A stretch of DNA of 64,000 nucleotides from a virus. The notes under the pieces are model-generated. The model was not told where the DNA came from. It ran no database searches and was given only the letters and a program-made list of their open reading frames with translations. Of this stretch, positions 54,801 to 62,837 are shown piece by piece; positions within the stretch are counted from its first letter, which is position 1, and every line of letters begins with the position of its first letter. The translations under genes and the position numbers were made by a program. Location: IMG/VR virus record IMGVR_UViG_3300017605_001118, positions 3,332 through 67,331 of that record, one strand, 5' to 3'.

Positions 54801-55923
54801 GTACGGCGTACCCCTGGACAAGGAAGTGACCCGGGGCCGGGGAAAGAACAAGGTGACGTTTCGGGAACCGCTCCTTTCCCCGTTGGCCTCCAACGCGGGC
54901 AAGGCCGCCCTGATCGCGGCCTTCAAGGCGGCCGGTGCGGACTGCTACCCGCCGACCGCCACGGGGGGTCTGGCGACGTCCTCGGAGGCTCTGGGGGAGG
55001 GGTTCTACTTCCTCGGCAAGGGTCAGAAGATGCGGAAGGTCCCCGGCATGCTGCGAGCTTATCCGGATCTTCCCGGGGTGCGGGACATCTGCGAACTGGT
55101 CTCCGTCGTGACGGGCGTAACGGCCAAGTACGCGGAGATCCAGAAGTACGTGGTCAAAGGGCGCGTGTACCCGGGAATCGGGGAAGACCAGGCTTCCGGT
55201 CGGTGGGCTATGACCCGCCCGTCCATCACCAACCTGGGCAAGCGTGGCGGCAAAGTGGTCCAGCGCGCGGTCTTCCTCCCCGAGGAAGGGCACGTCATCA
55301 TTGCCGCAGACTTCTCCCAGGTCGACATGCGGGCGGTCGCCGGCCTGTGCCAGGACCCCTTGTACATGGCGATGTTCGAGCCCGGCAAAGACATGCACAC
55401 GGAGATCGCGGCCATGATGGGCGTCTCTCGGGACGCAGCCAAACCGTTGAACCACGGAGCCAACTACGGTCTGGGCGCCAAGGCGATGATCCTTCAGGGT
55501 CACGACCCCGAGCTGGTGGCCAAGTTCTTCGAGGTGATGTCCCGGTTCAAGGCCAAGGACATCTGGACCGAAGACGTCCGGAGGAGGGCTACCTCCGGTC
55601 TGCTGTACAACAGCTTCGGCCGCCCGATGCGCTGCGACCCGAAGCGGGCGTACACCCAGGGACCGGCTCTCATGGGCCAGGGCGAGGCCCGGGACATCAT
55701 GACGAAAGGTCTACTGCGGGCGGTGAAGTTGCTGCCGGACATCCGCGACATGCTGCGTGTCGTAGTCCACGATGAGGCCGTCAACTCCGTACCTATTGAC
55801 AGGGTTGAGGAGGTTACGTCCGTTCTCCACGAGGCGATGACCTTCACCCATAACGGTGTCCAGATCATCGCGGAGATCTCCGCGCCGGGGTCGGACTGGG
55901 CCGCGGCCTACGGCGCCAAGTGA
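51871..55923 (+). CDS. TOPRIM primase - P-loop helicase-like - family A DNA polymerase fusion
   Basis: VVEG.K, VLDKD, GLDDW; MGSAKNLL and IVFDE; GFDLET exonuclease; QASGRW, ADFSQVDMR, AK..NHG.NYG, QG.ARD, VHDE. Confidence 0.9.
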   Translation: MATETPTLTPEHREYLNNAAITDPIIEAAGVYSTDDGIMFPYRDGNTEVQYFRHDDPPEGTPKYLGPKDISPIFNVLREHGDHGPVLVVEGTKQALSCGSWAPPEYSVYGMNGCWGWTKADRDPLEGRTVFVVLDKDAQENPDVYNAGASLAEDLRSMGSTVLFVRLPVRGKEGLDDWLAATKADRRTERFALLIAGAKPKPADRKPDAKKKSRELRTAEESASMVETAAERGMKPIAVNRGLLIDVIDQITDGLLTRDGTTLFNHGGALSEFDRDEHMMVQVTEGRFRDVLVQTCLTVNVKDDGSMVSGWPDGNTMKAVSSRAKRFVKVRRIMRAPFVRADGTICSTPGYDVSSSTFLDIEEDFKINVPDEPTADQVKEAVSLLLDEWLCDMAFPEDSDRANALAMLLTPFVRDSVNVVPLAVVTGLQMGSAKNLLADCCSLVFQGTVTQPGLLPENDDNEVRKQVTSILRKAPAVIVFDETHLIESKALAGVLTAETWTDRLLGVSDQLALPNQATWISLGNNVAVNGDMRRRYYPIRLHPTDPNPQDKPTSAFRHPDLKAWTEENRSELLSAVLTLIRAWHVAGKPYTPGSFSFGSFERWQRTVGGVLQIAGVEGFLGGLQEARDEGDFTTGWWIAHLAWLLKTFGGAEFIVRAVKARALAADDFEAPPGKDLADPSEPNWAKRTGQEYARIKGRWFGETRLVKVGLGHGSTVKWRVDVRGEEKEPPPFVQPDPDPPTPDEGTEEAVETTFKSVGFDLETAGADELYLGRHEGPFIRLGGSIDAAGVSQTSPSSQDLIRTLTDADEIYGHGIFRFDIPALARHKGTSADFDALADKAVDTIINARLLDPPAAKGANVSYTLDAVAARLGVARKTDDIKALADKHGGFDKIPVDDPDYVSYLEGDLVSTRAVYEAQKPLLRDRGLDDYAAREMRIAAIQNRMTFNGFRIDVPLLEERVRAEENKRQEALRTLADTYGVPLDKEVTRGRGKNKVTFREPLLSPLASNAGKAALIAAFKAAGADCYPPTATGGLATSSEALGEGFYFLGKGQKMRKVPGMLRAYPDLPGVRDICELVSVVTGVTAKYAEIQKYVVKGRVYPGIGEDQASGRWAMTRPSITNLGKRGGKVVQRAVFLPEEGHVIIAADFSQVDMRAVAGLCQDPLYMAMFEPGKDMHTEIAAMMGVSRDAAKPLNHGANYGLGAKAMILQGHDPELVAKFFEVMSRFKAKDIWTEDVRRRATSGLLYNSFGRPMRCDPKRAYTQGPALMGQGEARDIMTKGLLRAVKLLPDIRDMLRVVVHDEAVNSVPIDRVEEVTSVLHEAMTFTHNGVQIIAEISAPGSDWAAAYGAK

Positions 55924-55971
55924 CGAAAGCTGTGATTTAATTAAATCCAAGGAACCGAGGAAGAGGAACAC

Positions 55972-57198
55972 ATGACGCTACGACTTGGATCCCTGTGCAC
56001 GGGGTACGGCGGCCTCGACGCCGCCGTGGAACGGGTCCTGGGAACAACCACGGCGTGGACCGCTGAACGCGACCCGTTCGCCTCCGCCGTCCTGGCTCGC
56101 AATGATCCCGGGGTACCCAACCTGGGTGACATCACCGCCGTCGACTGGACCTCCGTGGAACCGGTCGACGTCCTGACCGCGGGCTTTCCGTGCCAGGACA
56201 TCAGCAACGCCGGTCTTCGCGTCGGTATCACGGGTCCACGGTCCGGCATCTGGAAGAACGTGGCCGAAGCCGTCCGCGTCCTGCGTCCGAAGATCGTCCT
56301 CCTGGAGAACGTGGCGGCCATCAAGAACCGCGGTCTGGACGTGGTCACCGAAGACCTGGAGAACATCGGTTACGGGATCCGCTGGTGCATCGTCAAAGCG
56401 TCCGACGTGGGAGCGCCCCACCAGCGGCGCCGCTGGTTCGCAGTCGCCGAACCGATGCCGTCAGGAACCGGTCCGGTCGAAACGGGCGTCCTGGAAATCC
56501 CCGCCGGGCCGCTGCTGAAGACGCCGACGTCCAACCTGGGGCGCAACGGCGGACCGCAGGACCCGGTCAAGCGCAAGGCCGGCGGCCACGGTCCGACGCT
56601 GGAAGACGAGGTCTCGGCTCTGCTGCCCACGCCGGCAGCCCGTGACTGGAAGTCCTCCGCGTCCAACCTGCACGGAACCAACTCCCGGCCCCTGAACGAG
56701 GTCGCGGTCTTGCTGCCGACCCCTACGGCGTCCAGCTACGGGCGCAACAAATCCGCGAGCTCCGGGGCTTCGATCCGGCCGTCTCTGGAGCATTTGGCGC
56801 CAACTCTGCTCCCAACACCGAAGGCGTCCGACGGTCCGCATGGCGGACCCAACGGCCGTGACGGGAAAGGAAACCTCTACCTCCCGGGTACCGCGATCCG
56901 GACTGACGCGTCTTGGACCTGTTCGGACGGCCGTGACTTCGGACCGGCTGTACGCCGCTGGGAGGACCTGACGGGACGCCTCGCACCCGATCCCGTGGCC
57001 GTGGGCCCGAGGGGCGGCAAACGGGTCTCCCCGGCCTTTGTCGAGTGGCTGATGGGCCTTCCGTCCGGCCGGGTCACCGACGTACCCGGGATCCCGTTCC
57101 GGGAACAGTTGAAGATCCTCGGCAACGGGGTTGTACCCCAACAGGCCGAGTACGCCTACCGGACCATGCTGAACGAGTCAAGGAACGAGGAAGTATGA
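55972..57198 (+). CDS. dcm: DNA cytosine-5 methyltransferase
   Basis: SLCTGYGG, GDI, GFPCQD, LENV, HQRRRWF, LLPTP repeats, EWLMG, LGNGVVP. Confidence 0.92.
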   Translation: MTLRLGSLCTGYGGLDAAVERVLGTTTAWTAERDPFASAVLARNDPGVPNLGDITAVDWTSVEPVDVLTAGFPCQDISNAGLRVGITGPRSGIWKNVAEAVRVLRPKIVLLENVAAIKNRGLDVVTEDLENIGYGIRWCIVKASDVGAPHQRRRWFAVAEPMPSGTGPVETGVLEIPAGPLLKTPTSNLGRNGGPQDPVKRKAGGHGPTLEDEVSALLPTPAARDWKSSASNLHGTNSRPLNEVAVLLPTPTASSYGRNKSASSGASIRPSLEHLAPTLLPTPKASDGPHGGPNGRDGKGNLYLPGTAIRTDASWTCSDGRDFGPAVRRWEDLTGRLAPDPVAVGPRGGKRVSPAFVEWLMGLPSGRVTDVPGIPFREQLKILGNGVVPQQAEYAYRTMLNESRNEEV

Positions 57199-57734
57199 CA
57201 CCGAAGTTGAAAGTTCTCGGGCTGGATTTGTCGATCACAGCCACCGGCATCGCCCACCCCAACGGGGTGACAGAGACCATCAAAACCCGATCTGACGACG
57301 GAGACCGGCGCCTGCTCCAGATCCGCGGATACCTCCGCAAGGCGGTCGACGCCGGAATCGACCTGGCCGTCCTTGAAGACCTCCCCACTCACGCGCACGG
57401 CGCGGGGATCACCGGCATGGTGCACGGCGCCGTCCGGGCCGTCCTCATGGGGGCCTCGGTCCCCTATGTCCTGGTCACCCCGGCCACGCTGAAGTCGTAC
57501 GCCACGGGCAAGGGCAACGCGGGTAAGCCGGACATGGCCGTGGCTGCGTTCAAGCGGTCCGGAGCCGAGTTCGGCGACGACAACCAGGTGGATTCCTGGT
57601 GGCTGAGGCACGCCGGGTTGGACCACTACGGCTTCGCCGAGTTCGAGCTGCCCCAGACGCAGCGGTCCCGACTGGACAAGGTGGACTGGCCCGACATGAG
57701 CTGGCTGGCCAACCTCGATAAGGAGATCTTCTGA
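57195..57734 (+). CDS. ruvC: RuvC-like Holliday junction resolvase
   Basis: LGLDLS.T.TG, VLE, P.TLK.YATGKGNA.K, DN..DS. Confidence 0.85.
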   Translation: MTPKLKVLGLDLSITATGIAHPNGVTETIKTRSDDGDRRLLQIRGYLRKAVDAGIDLAVLEDLPTHAHGAGITGMVHGAVRAVLMGASVPYVLVTPATLKSYATGKGNAGKPDMAVAAFKRSGAEFGDDNQVDSWWLRHAGLDHYGFAEFELPQTQRSRLDKVDWPDMSWLANLDKEIF

Positions 57735-58651
57735 TGGAGCGAATCACTCTCGGACAATTGTCCCCAGACGACGTCGCTCGTATGACGAAGTGGCAGCGCG
57801 AGGACCGTGTACGCGATCTCATCCGCGTGTCCCACCGCATCGTGGATGCAGCCCTGATCAATCACTTCAAGGGGCGGCGCGTCGCCGCTACCTGCATCCT
57901 GTTCTCCGGCGGCAACGACTCCACCACGCTGGCGCATCTCTTCAAGGATCGTGCCGATGTGGCGATCCACGCCAACACGGGTATAGGGGTAGAGCAGACG
58001 CGGGCCTTCGTGCGCGCGACCTGTGCGGAGTGGGGTCTCCCGCTGATCGAGAAGTCTCCCCCCGTGGGTGACACGTACCGCGAACTGGTTCTTGACCGTG
58101 GCTTCCCAGGACCCGGGCAGCACTTCAAGATGTACCAGCGTCTCAAGGAGCGTTGCCTGCGGCAGGCCCGCGCCGATCTAGTGAAGAACCCTCGCAAAGA
58201 GCGCGTACTGTTCCTCGCTGGCCGCAGGCGAACGGAGTCCGTCCGCCGGGCTGCCGTGCCCGCGTCTGGACGCGAGGGGTCCACGGTGTGGGCCTCCCCC
58301 CTGGTCCTGTGGACCAAGCCTGACCTGAACACATACCGCTTGATGTGCGGCGACGTACCGGTCAACGAAGTCTCCGATCTCATTCACATGTCGGGGGAGT
58401 GCCTGTGCGGCTCTTTCGCCGAGAAAGATGAGTTGGAGATGATCGGTATGTGGTTCCCGCAGGCTCGGGAACAGATCGAAGCTCTGGAGTCCGAGATCGC
58501 CGACCGGGGGGACATTCCGGAGATCCGACGCAAGTGGGGGTGGGGTGCGTACCGCGCCGACCCTGCGGCACTGAAGCGTCGGCCGAAGTCCGGGCCGCTG
58601 TGCACTTCGTGCGATGCGAGGGCCCACGGCGGCGTCGTAATTACTCGCTGA
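57734..58651 (+). CDS. PAPS-reductase-family (PP-loop) protein
   Basis: FSGGNDS PP-loop, NTGIG, GFPGP, LKER, GRR..ES..R, SGECLCG. Confidence 0.85.
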   Translation: MERITLGQLSPDDVARMTKWQREDRVRDLIRVSHRIVDAALINHFKGRRVAATCILFSGGNDSTTLAHLFKDRADVAIHANTGIGVEQTRAFVRATCAEWGLPLIEKSPPVGDTYRELVLDRGFPGPGQHFKMYQRLKERCLRQARADLVKNPRKERVLFLAGRRRTESVRRAAVPASGREGSTVWASPLVLWTKPDLNTYRLMCGDVPVNEVSDLIHMSGECLCGSFAEKDELEMIGMWFPQAREQIEALESEIADRGDIPEIRRKWGWGAYRADPAALKRRPKSGPLCTSCDARAHGGVVITR

Positions 58652-58672
58652 AACCGACAAGGAGTCAAGGCA

Positions 58673-58873
58673 ATGACAGACAAACAGATCAACCTCCATT
58701 TGGTGGACACCTCCGTAGATCGGGATGAGCGTGTCGTCCCGAATGTTCACAGCGGGAATCTCATCGCCACCGACGAGAACGCTCTCCGCGCAGCCGGGGG
58801 GATCCTGGATGCGCTGTCGAATCTCCAGGACGACGAGGCTCTGGTGATTTGGAGGGGCAACCACCCGCTGTAA
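58673..58873 (+). CDS. small hypothetical protein
   Basis: AAGGAG RBS. Confidence 0.6.
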   Translation: MTDKQINLHLVDTSVDRDERVVPNVHSGNLIATDENALRAAGGILDALSNLQDDEALVIWRGNHPL

Positions 58874-58881
58874 ACCTCCCA

Positions 58882-58932
58882 GGACACACAGAACCGCCCC
58901 GCAGACTGTCTGCGGGGCGGTTCTGTGTGTCC
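58882..58932. terminator. long perfect hairpin between convergent arms
   Basis: GGACACACAGAACCGCCCCGCAGAC-t-GTCTGCGGGGCGGTTCTGTGTGTCC. Confidence 0.85.
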
Positions 58933-58933
58933 T

Positions 58934-59416
58934 CTACCCGGCCAGCTTTCCCAAGCGGTTCTGATACGCCACGCGCAGTTCGTCATCGAAGGCGGACGCC
59001 TGTGCCAGGACCCGGCTCGCCGGCATGGTCAGGAACGCGTCCTGTGACCCGTTGGGAAGAGACCGCCGGGTCACCATGACCGCGATCACTTCTTCACCTG
59101 TGAGGGCGTATTCAAGACGTATCCGGTTGGTCTCCCCGGGGACGATGGAGACGCCGGTCTGGTGGAGAAGAAACCGCTTCGGCTCGTCCGTCTCGCGGAA
59201 GATGCGAGGTTCGAACCACCGGCACGCCGAACACCGGATTCCCTGGGGGGCGAACTCGGTGTCGTCATGCCCCCTGTGCTCCGTCCTGCGGGACGAACTC
59301 ATCCCCAGGAAGGTCCCGTCCAGGATGATCGGTTCCCCGACCCCCGGGAGGATCCAGTGGTCGATCCATCCGACCTGATCGAAGCCGGGCGCTGTGACTA
59401 CGTCTTCCTGGGTCAT
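58934..59416 (-). CDS. hypothetical protein
   Basis: ATGA-coupled; RCSACRW.E..I, G.S..PGE. Confidence 0.7.
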   Translation of the reverse strand: MTQEDVVTAPGFDQVGWIDHWILPGVGEPIILDGTFLGMSSSRRTEHRGHDDTEFAPQGIRCSACRWFEPRIFRETDEPKRFLLHQTGVSIVPGETNRIRLEYALTGEEVIAVMVTRRSLPNGSQDAFLTMPASRVLAQASAFDDELRVAYQNRLGKLAG

Positions 59417-59880
59417 CCGTGTTCTCCGTGCTCGAAGCGAGCGGACCTGGCAGCGGTGAGGGCTCGGTCCACGGCAGGTGCGGAGGGCGACACCACCCAC
59501 AGGGACGGAACCAGTTCAGGTGTTCCGTCCTGTTTCGGGGCCCAGCACTTGATCCCGCCGACGGTCCGCGTGAACGACTCCCGGGGAAGATCCCCCTGGA
59601 GTACGGCAACCGTAGCCGTCCCCTTCACGGCAGCGGCCAGCCGCAGCACCTTGTCCGCGTCAATCTCGTTGATGGGCGGACCCTTGATCTCCAGGTACTT
59701 GGCGGTTTCGGGGAGGTAGAAGTCCGGAAGGTAGGCGACGCCGCTCAGGTCGAAGCCCTGTTCCTCGTAGACCCAGGGGATGGACAGGTGGTCCAGGAAC
59801 TTTGCCCAGCGCGCCTCCGTCCGGGACCTGAACCGGCAGCCGGCGTACCTGGTTTCGATAGCGCGGATGCGGGGTGTCAC
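59413..59880 (-). CDS. PD-(D/E)XK nuclease
   Basis: T.Y.G..FRSR.EARWA, YE..G, YLPDF.LP, LEIKG. Confidence 0.82.
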   Translation of the reverse strand: MTPRIRAIETRYAGCRFRSRTEARWAKFLDHLSIPWVYEEQGFDLSGVAYLPDFYLPETAKYLEIKGPPINEIDADKVLRLAAAVKGTATVAVLQGDLPRESFTRTVGGIKCWAPKQDGTPELVPSLWVVSPSAPAVDRALTAARSARFEHGEHG

Positions 59881-60104
59881 CGCGGCACCTCCGACTCAAG
59901 AGCCGTTCCCGCGGGGAGCTCCCGGTACGCGATGGCCAGGGCCACTAGGTGCGTAGTCGACGTGGCGCCCATGATCTTGGCGGCGTGCCGGAGCTGCGTC
60001 TTGACGGTATGGGCCGACATGCGCAGGGACGCGGCCGTCTCCGCCGTACTGAGGCCGCGGGCCTTGGCCGCGACGACCCGCACCTGAGAAGGGCTGAGCT
60101 TCAT
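59877..60104 (-). CDS. LuxR-type HTH protein
   Basis: LSP.Q..V....A.GLS..E.A..L.MS..TVK. Confidence 0.8.
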   Translation of the reverse strand: MKLSPSQVRVVAAKARGLSTAETAASLRMSAHTVKTQLRHAAKIMGATSTTHLVALAIAYRELPAGTALESEVPR

Positions 60105-60352
60105 CCCGTCACGTCCGGGTCGATCATGTCCGCGCACTTGTCCACGGCCCGGTTCCACCGCGAATCATCCGTCCGGCGCAGCCGTACCCGGATCATCTCC
60201 GCGGCCTCCTTCAGGGCATCCCGCTCCAGGAGCAGCGAGGCCGCGGCGGCCTGCCGGAGGATCTCCTGTGCGTACGCGTCGATCAGGGCGCTCTGCTGAT
60301 CAGCCGAAAGGTGTTGGGACATCCCTTCGAACAGATCATCCCGGGCGCTCAT
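60101..60352 (-). CDS. small hypothetical protein (paralog family)
   Basis: SARDDLF...LIDAY...ADMIDP. Confidence 0.7.
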   Translation of the reverse strand: MSARDDLFEGMSQHLSADQQSALIDAYAQEILRQAAAASLLLERDALKEAAEMIRVRLRRTDDSRWNRAVDKCADMIDPDVTG

Positions 60353-60603
60353 CTCTTCACCTCCGGATCGGGTGAACCCGCCGAAGGATCGGGTGAACCC
60401 GCCTGCAGATCGATGAGGTCGGCGGCGTACCGCAGCCCTTGTACGACGCCGGGCGTCGCCTGGTGCAAGTCGTCCGCCGCGGCCCGGATCTCCTCCGCCA
60501 GCTCCTTGGCTACGGCCGCCGTGATCCTGGCATGCCGTTCATCGCAAATCTCGCACTCGCCCGGCTTCTGGTGAGCGACCGTGTGGAACCGCGCCGCGCT
60601 CAT
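60349..60603 (-). CDS. small hypothetical protein (paralog family)
   Basis: ELAEEIR...AADLID. Confidence 0.65.
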   Translation of the reverse strand: MSAARFHTVAHQKPGECEICDERHARITAAVAKELAEEIRAAADDLHQATPGVVQGLRYAADLIDLQAGSPDPSAGSPDPEVKR

Positions 60604-60839
60604 GACTCCTCCAAAAGCGCGGTCACTACGTTCATGGCGTCGCGGAGTGGACCGCCCTCCGCGTCCCTCAGGGCGGTCCACACCTCGTTCAGAACCGCCC
60701 CACGGTAACGGACCCAATCCGCCTTGAGGATGTCCGCCTCATGCGCCGACAGGATCGCGTCGGCCTTCTCACGTGCTCCGTGGCCGGACTTCAGGCCCCC
60801 TTCGGCCATGAGCTGGAGCAAGTCGTCCCGCGCGTCCAT
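60600..60839 (-). CDS. small hypothetical protein (paralog family)
   Basis: MDARDDLL...A..IL.AH. Confidence 0.65.
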   Translation of the reverse strand: MDARDDLLQLMAEGGLKSGHGAREKADAILSAHEADILKADWVRYRGAVLNEVWTALRDAEGGPLRDAMNVVTALLEES

Positions 60840-61045
60840 CACTTCACCGCCGGGTCGATGAGGTCGGCGGCTTCGCTGTACGCGGTTTCCCGGTTGGCTA
60901 CTGTCCGGCCGTCCATGGCGCGGATCTCTGCTGCCAACAGGTGGGCGTGGCGGTCCAGGAAGTCCTTCGCCCAGTCCTTGGCCTGAACCTGGTCTCCGCT
61001 GATGCGGTACTGGGTGGACCACAGTTCTTCGAACAACTCGTCCAT
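60839..61045 (-). CDS. small hypothetical protein (paralog family)
   Basis: LAAEIR...AADLIDP; AAGGA RBS. Confidence 0.7.
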   Translation of the reverse strand: MDELFEELWSTQYRISGDQVQAKDWAKDFLDRHAHLLAAEIRAMDGRTVANRETAYSEAADLIDPAVK

Positions 61046-61135
61046 ATCGTCCTTCTCTCCTCGTTCCTGATTCCATCATACCCGGTCTGACCTGCACTGA
61101 CACGGTTATGCGCACGCGCGCAACAAAATGGACGC

Positions 61136-61723
61136 ATGACGTGGAAGACGGGGCGGAGCATGCGCCGCCGGACGGGGTGGACCGAAGGCGTCAGGTGCCC
61201 CGCTGAGAGCCGTTCGGGCAAGCCGTGCGGGTACTACGCCGGGGAAGGCACGGGGCACCGGGGGTACGGCTCCTGTGCCTTCCACAAGGGCGCCTGGCCG
61301 CAGATCGAGGAAGCGTGGGGAAGAGCTATGGAACTGGCCGCGGAACTGGACGTGAGCCCGTACGAGGCGCTGCTGCTGTCGGTGCGGCAGGCCGCCGGCC
61401 GGGTGGCGTGGACGGACCTGCAACTGCGGGACGCGGAAGCCGGCCATCGGGGGGATGGAGGGACCTCTTCGGTTCCCTCCAAGGACGTGAAGTTCTGGCT
61501 GGGGGAGTCCCGGAAGGAACGGTCTCTGCTGGTCAAGGCGGCTCAGACGGCGGTGCAGGCGGGTGTCGCGGCGGCCCTGGTACAGCGGATGGAGCTGGAA
61601 GGTGCGGCAGTGGCGGACGCGGTAACGGCCGCCCTGGACGCCTTGGACCTGACCGACGAGCAGCGGATGTCCGCTTTGGGCGCTGCACAGGAGCGCCTCC
61701 TGGCCCTGGGGCCCGCCGACTAA
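61136..61723 (+). CDS. probable terminase small subunit
   Basis: C.A..RSG.PC...AG.GT.H.G.G.C.FH.G N-terminus plus helical body; would precede terL in a circular map. Confidence 0.6.
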   Translation: MTWKTGRSMRRRTGWTEGVRCPAESRSGKPCGYYAGEGTGHRGYGSCAFHKGAWPQIEEAWGRAMELAAELDVSPYEALLLSVRQAAGRVAWTDLQLRDAEAGHRGDGGTSSVPSKDVKFWLGESRKERSLLVKAAQTAVQAGVAAALVQRMELEGAAVADAVTAALDALDLTDEQRMSALGAAQERLLALGPAD

Positions 61724-62366
61724 GCGGAACGACTCGTTCAACGCATGTCCCGCTTCGTCCCTGGTTTGTACCTGTTTGTGGGGAGTCTGGGCCGTTCCGA
61801 GCATGTCCTACTTTGTCTCTGGTTTGTGGGGGTAAGGGAACCGACACGCAGGTATGTACGAAATAGTTTGGTTCAAGATCGTTGTTTTTCGTTCTCAACC
61901 CGGACAGACCAGGACTTCAAAATGTCCGTTTAAGCTATGAAAAACTACGGTCCGGAGGGATGGAGGTAACGGAGGTTTTCTACAACCTAGGTGCACGAGC
62001 TGAAAACAATACGTTATACGTACTGTAGCGTAACATGTAACTCTGCGTATATGTTACTTACAGGTATTAGGAAACGTGTGTTTTTACGTGAGTGAGAGTT
62101 ACCTGGAACCTTCCCTCCCGCTACCTCCGTCCCTCCCGACCGTACTTTTCTGTGACAGATAGGTACATCTTGAAGTCCGAATTTGTACCAATCAGGAACG
62201 AAAAACAACGATCTTGATTCGGACATCTCGGTAACTTGGGCCATCGAGGAAGGAAGAGGTACATATCAGAGACGAAATGGGACATGCCCGGAACGGCTTT
62301 ACATCCACCCATCCACGGACATACCGGGGGCATAGTGGGACAGGTGCTGAACGAGTCATTCCGCTT
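61722..62366. repeat. ~645-bp non-coding nested-palindrome element, copy B
   Basis: Ends AAGCGGAACGACTCGTTCA / TGAACGAGTCATTCCGCTT; reverse complement of 20940-21571. Confidence 0.9.
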
Positions 62367-62507
62367 GGCGGAGGGCCCGACGCGGCCGTATCCATGGCCC
62401 CGGGCCGGCTGAGGCCTCCGTGTTCCCTCCCCCATCCTTCCGCTCATCGTCACTTAACAGACAAAGGTGACGGAGTGGGACACCTGCTGAACGGCTTCTC
62501 CGTTTCG

Positions 62508-62566
62508 GAAAAGCCTGTCCCACCTGCGAAAAGGTGCCTTTGGAGGGATGCAGGAGGGTACCCTCC
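62508..62566 (+). repeat. 59-bp box, direct repeat of 21691-21749
   Basis: See 21691. Confidence 0.85.
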
Positions 62567-62594
62567 TAGCTCTGATTCCCGGTAGACTGGGGGC

Positions 62595-62822
62595 ATGGAC
62601 CAACAGATGCACGCGGCATCCGCAGAGCACATCGCGTTCCTGCTGTTCGCCGAGCAGGGCGACCTGGGAGCGCTGGTATCCGCCAACGTCAACGAGCTGG
62701 GGAACGTCGTCCTGGAGTTGACCCCCGAGGCGGCTTGCGAGCTGCGGGACACGCTGATCCTCGCCTCGGAGGAAGGCTTTGAGGACCGTTGCTACGGCAG
62801 CAGCAAGACCCCGCTCTTCTGA
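62595..62822 (+). CDS. small hypothetical protein (probably leaderless)
   Basis: TAGACT-6 nt-ATG. Confidence 0.65.
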   Translation: MDQQMHAASAEHIAFLLFAEQGDLGALVSANVNELGNVVLELTPEAACELRDTLILASEEGFEDRCYGSSKTPLF

Positions 62823-62837
62823 CTCGGAAGGAACTTC

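Noticed and set aside
56510-56830. LLPTP repeats in Dcm as a novel repeat system
   Set aside because: Typical variable-region repeats of actinophage C5 methyltransferases.
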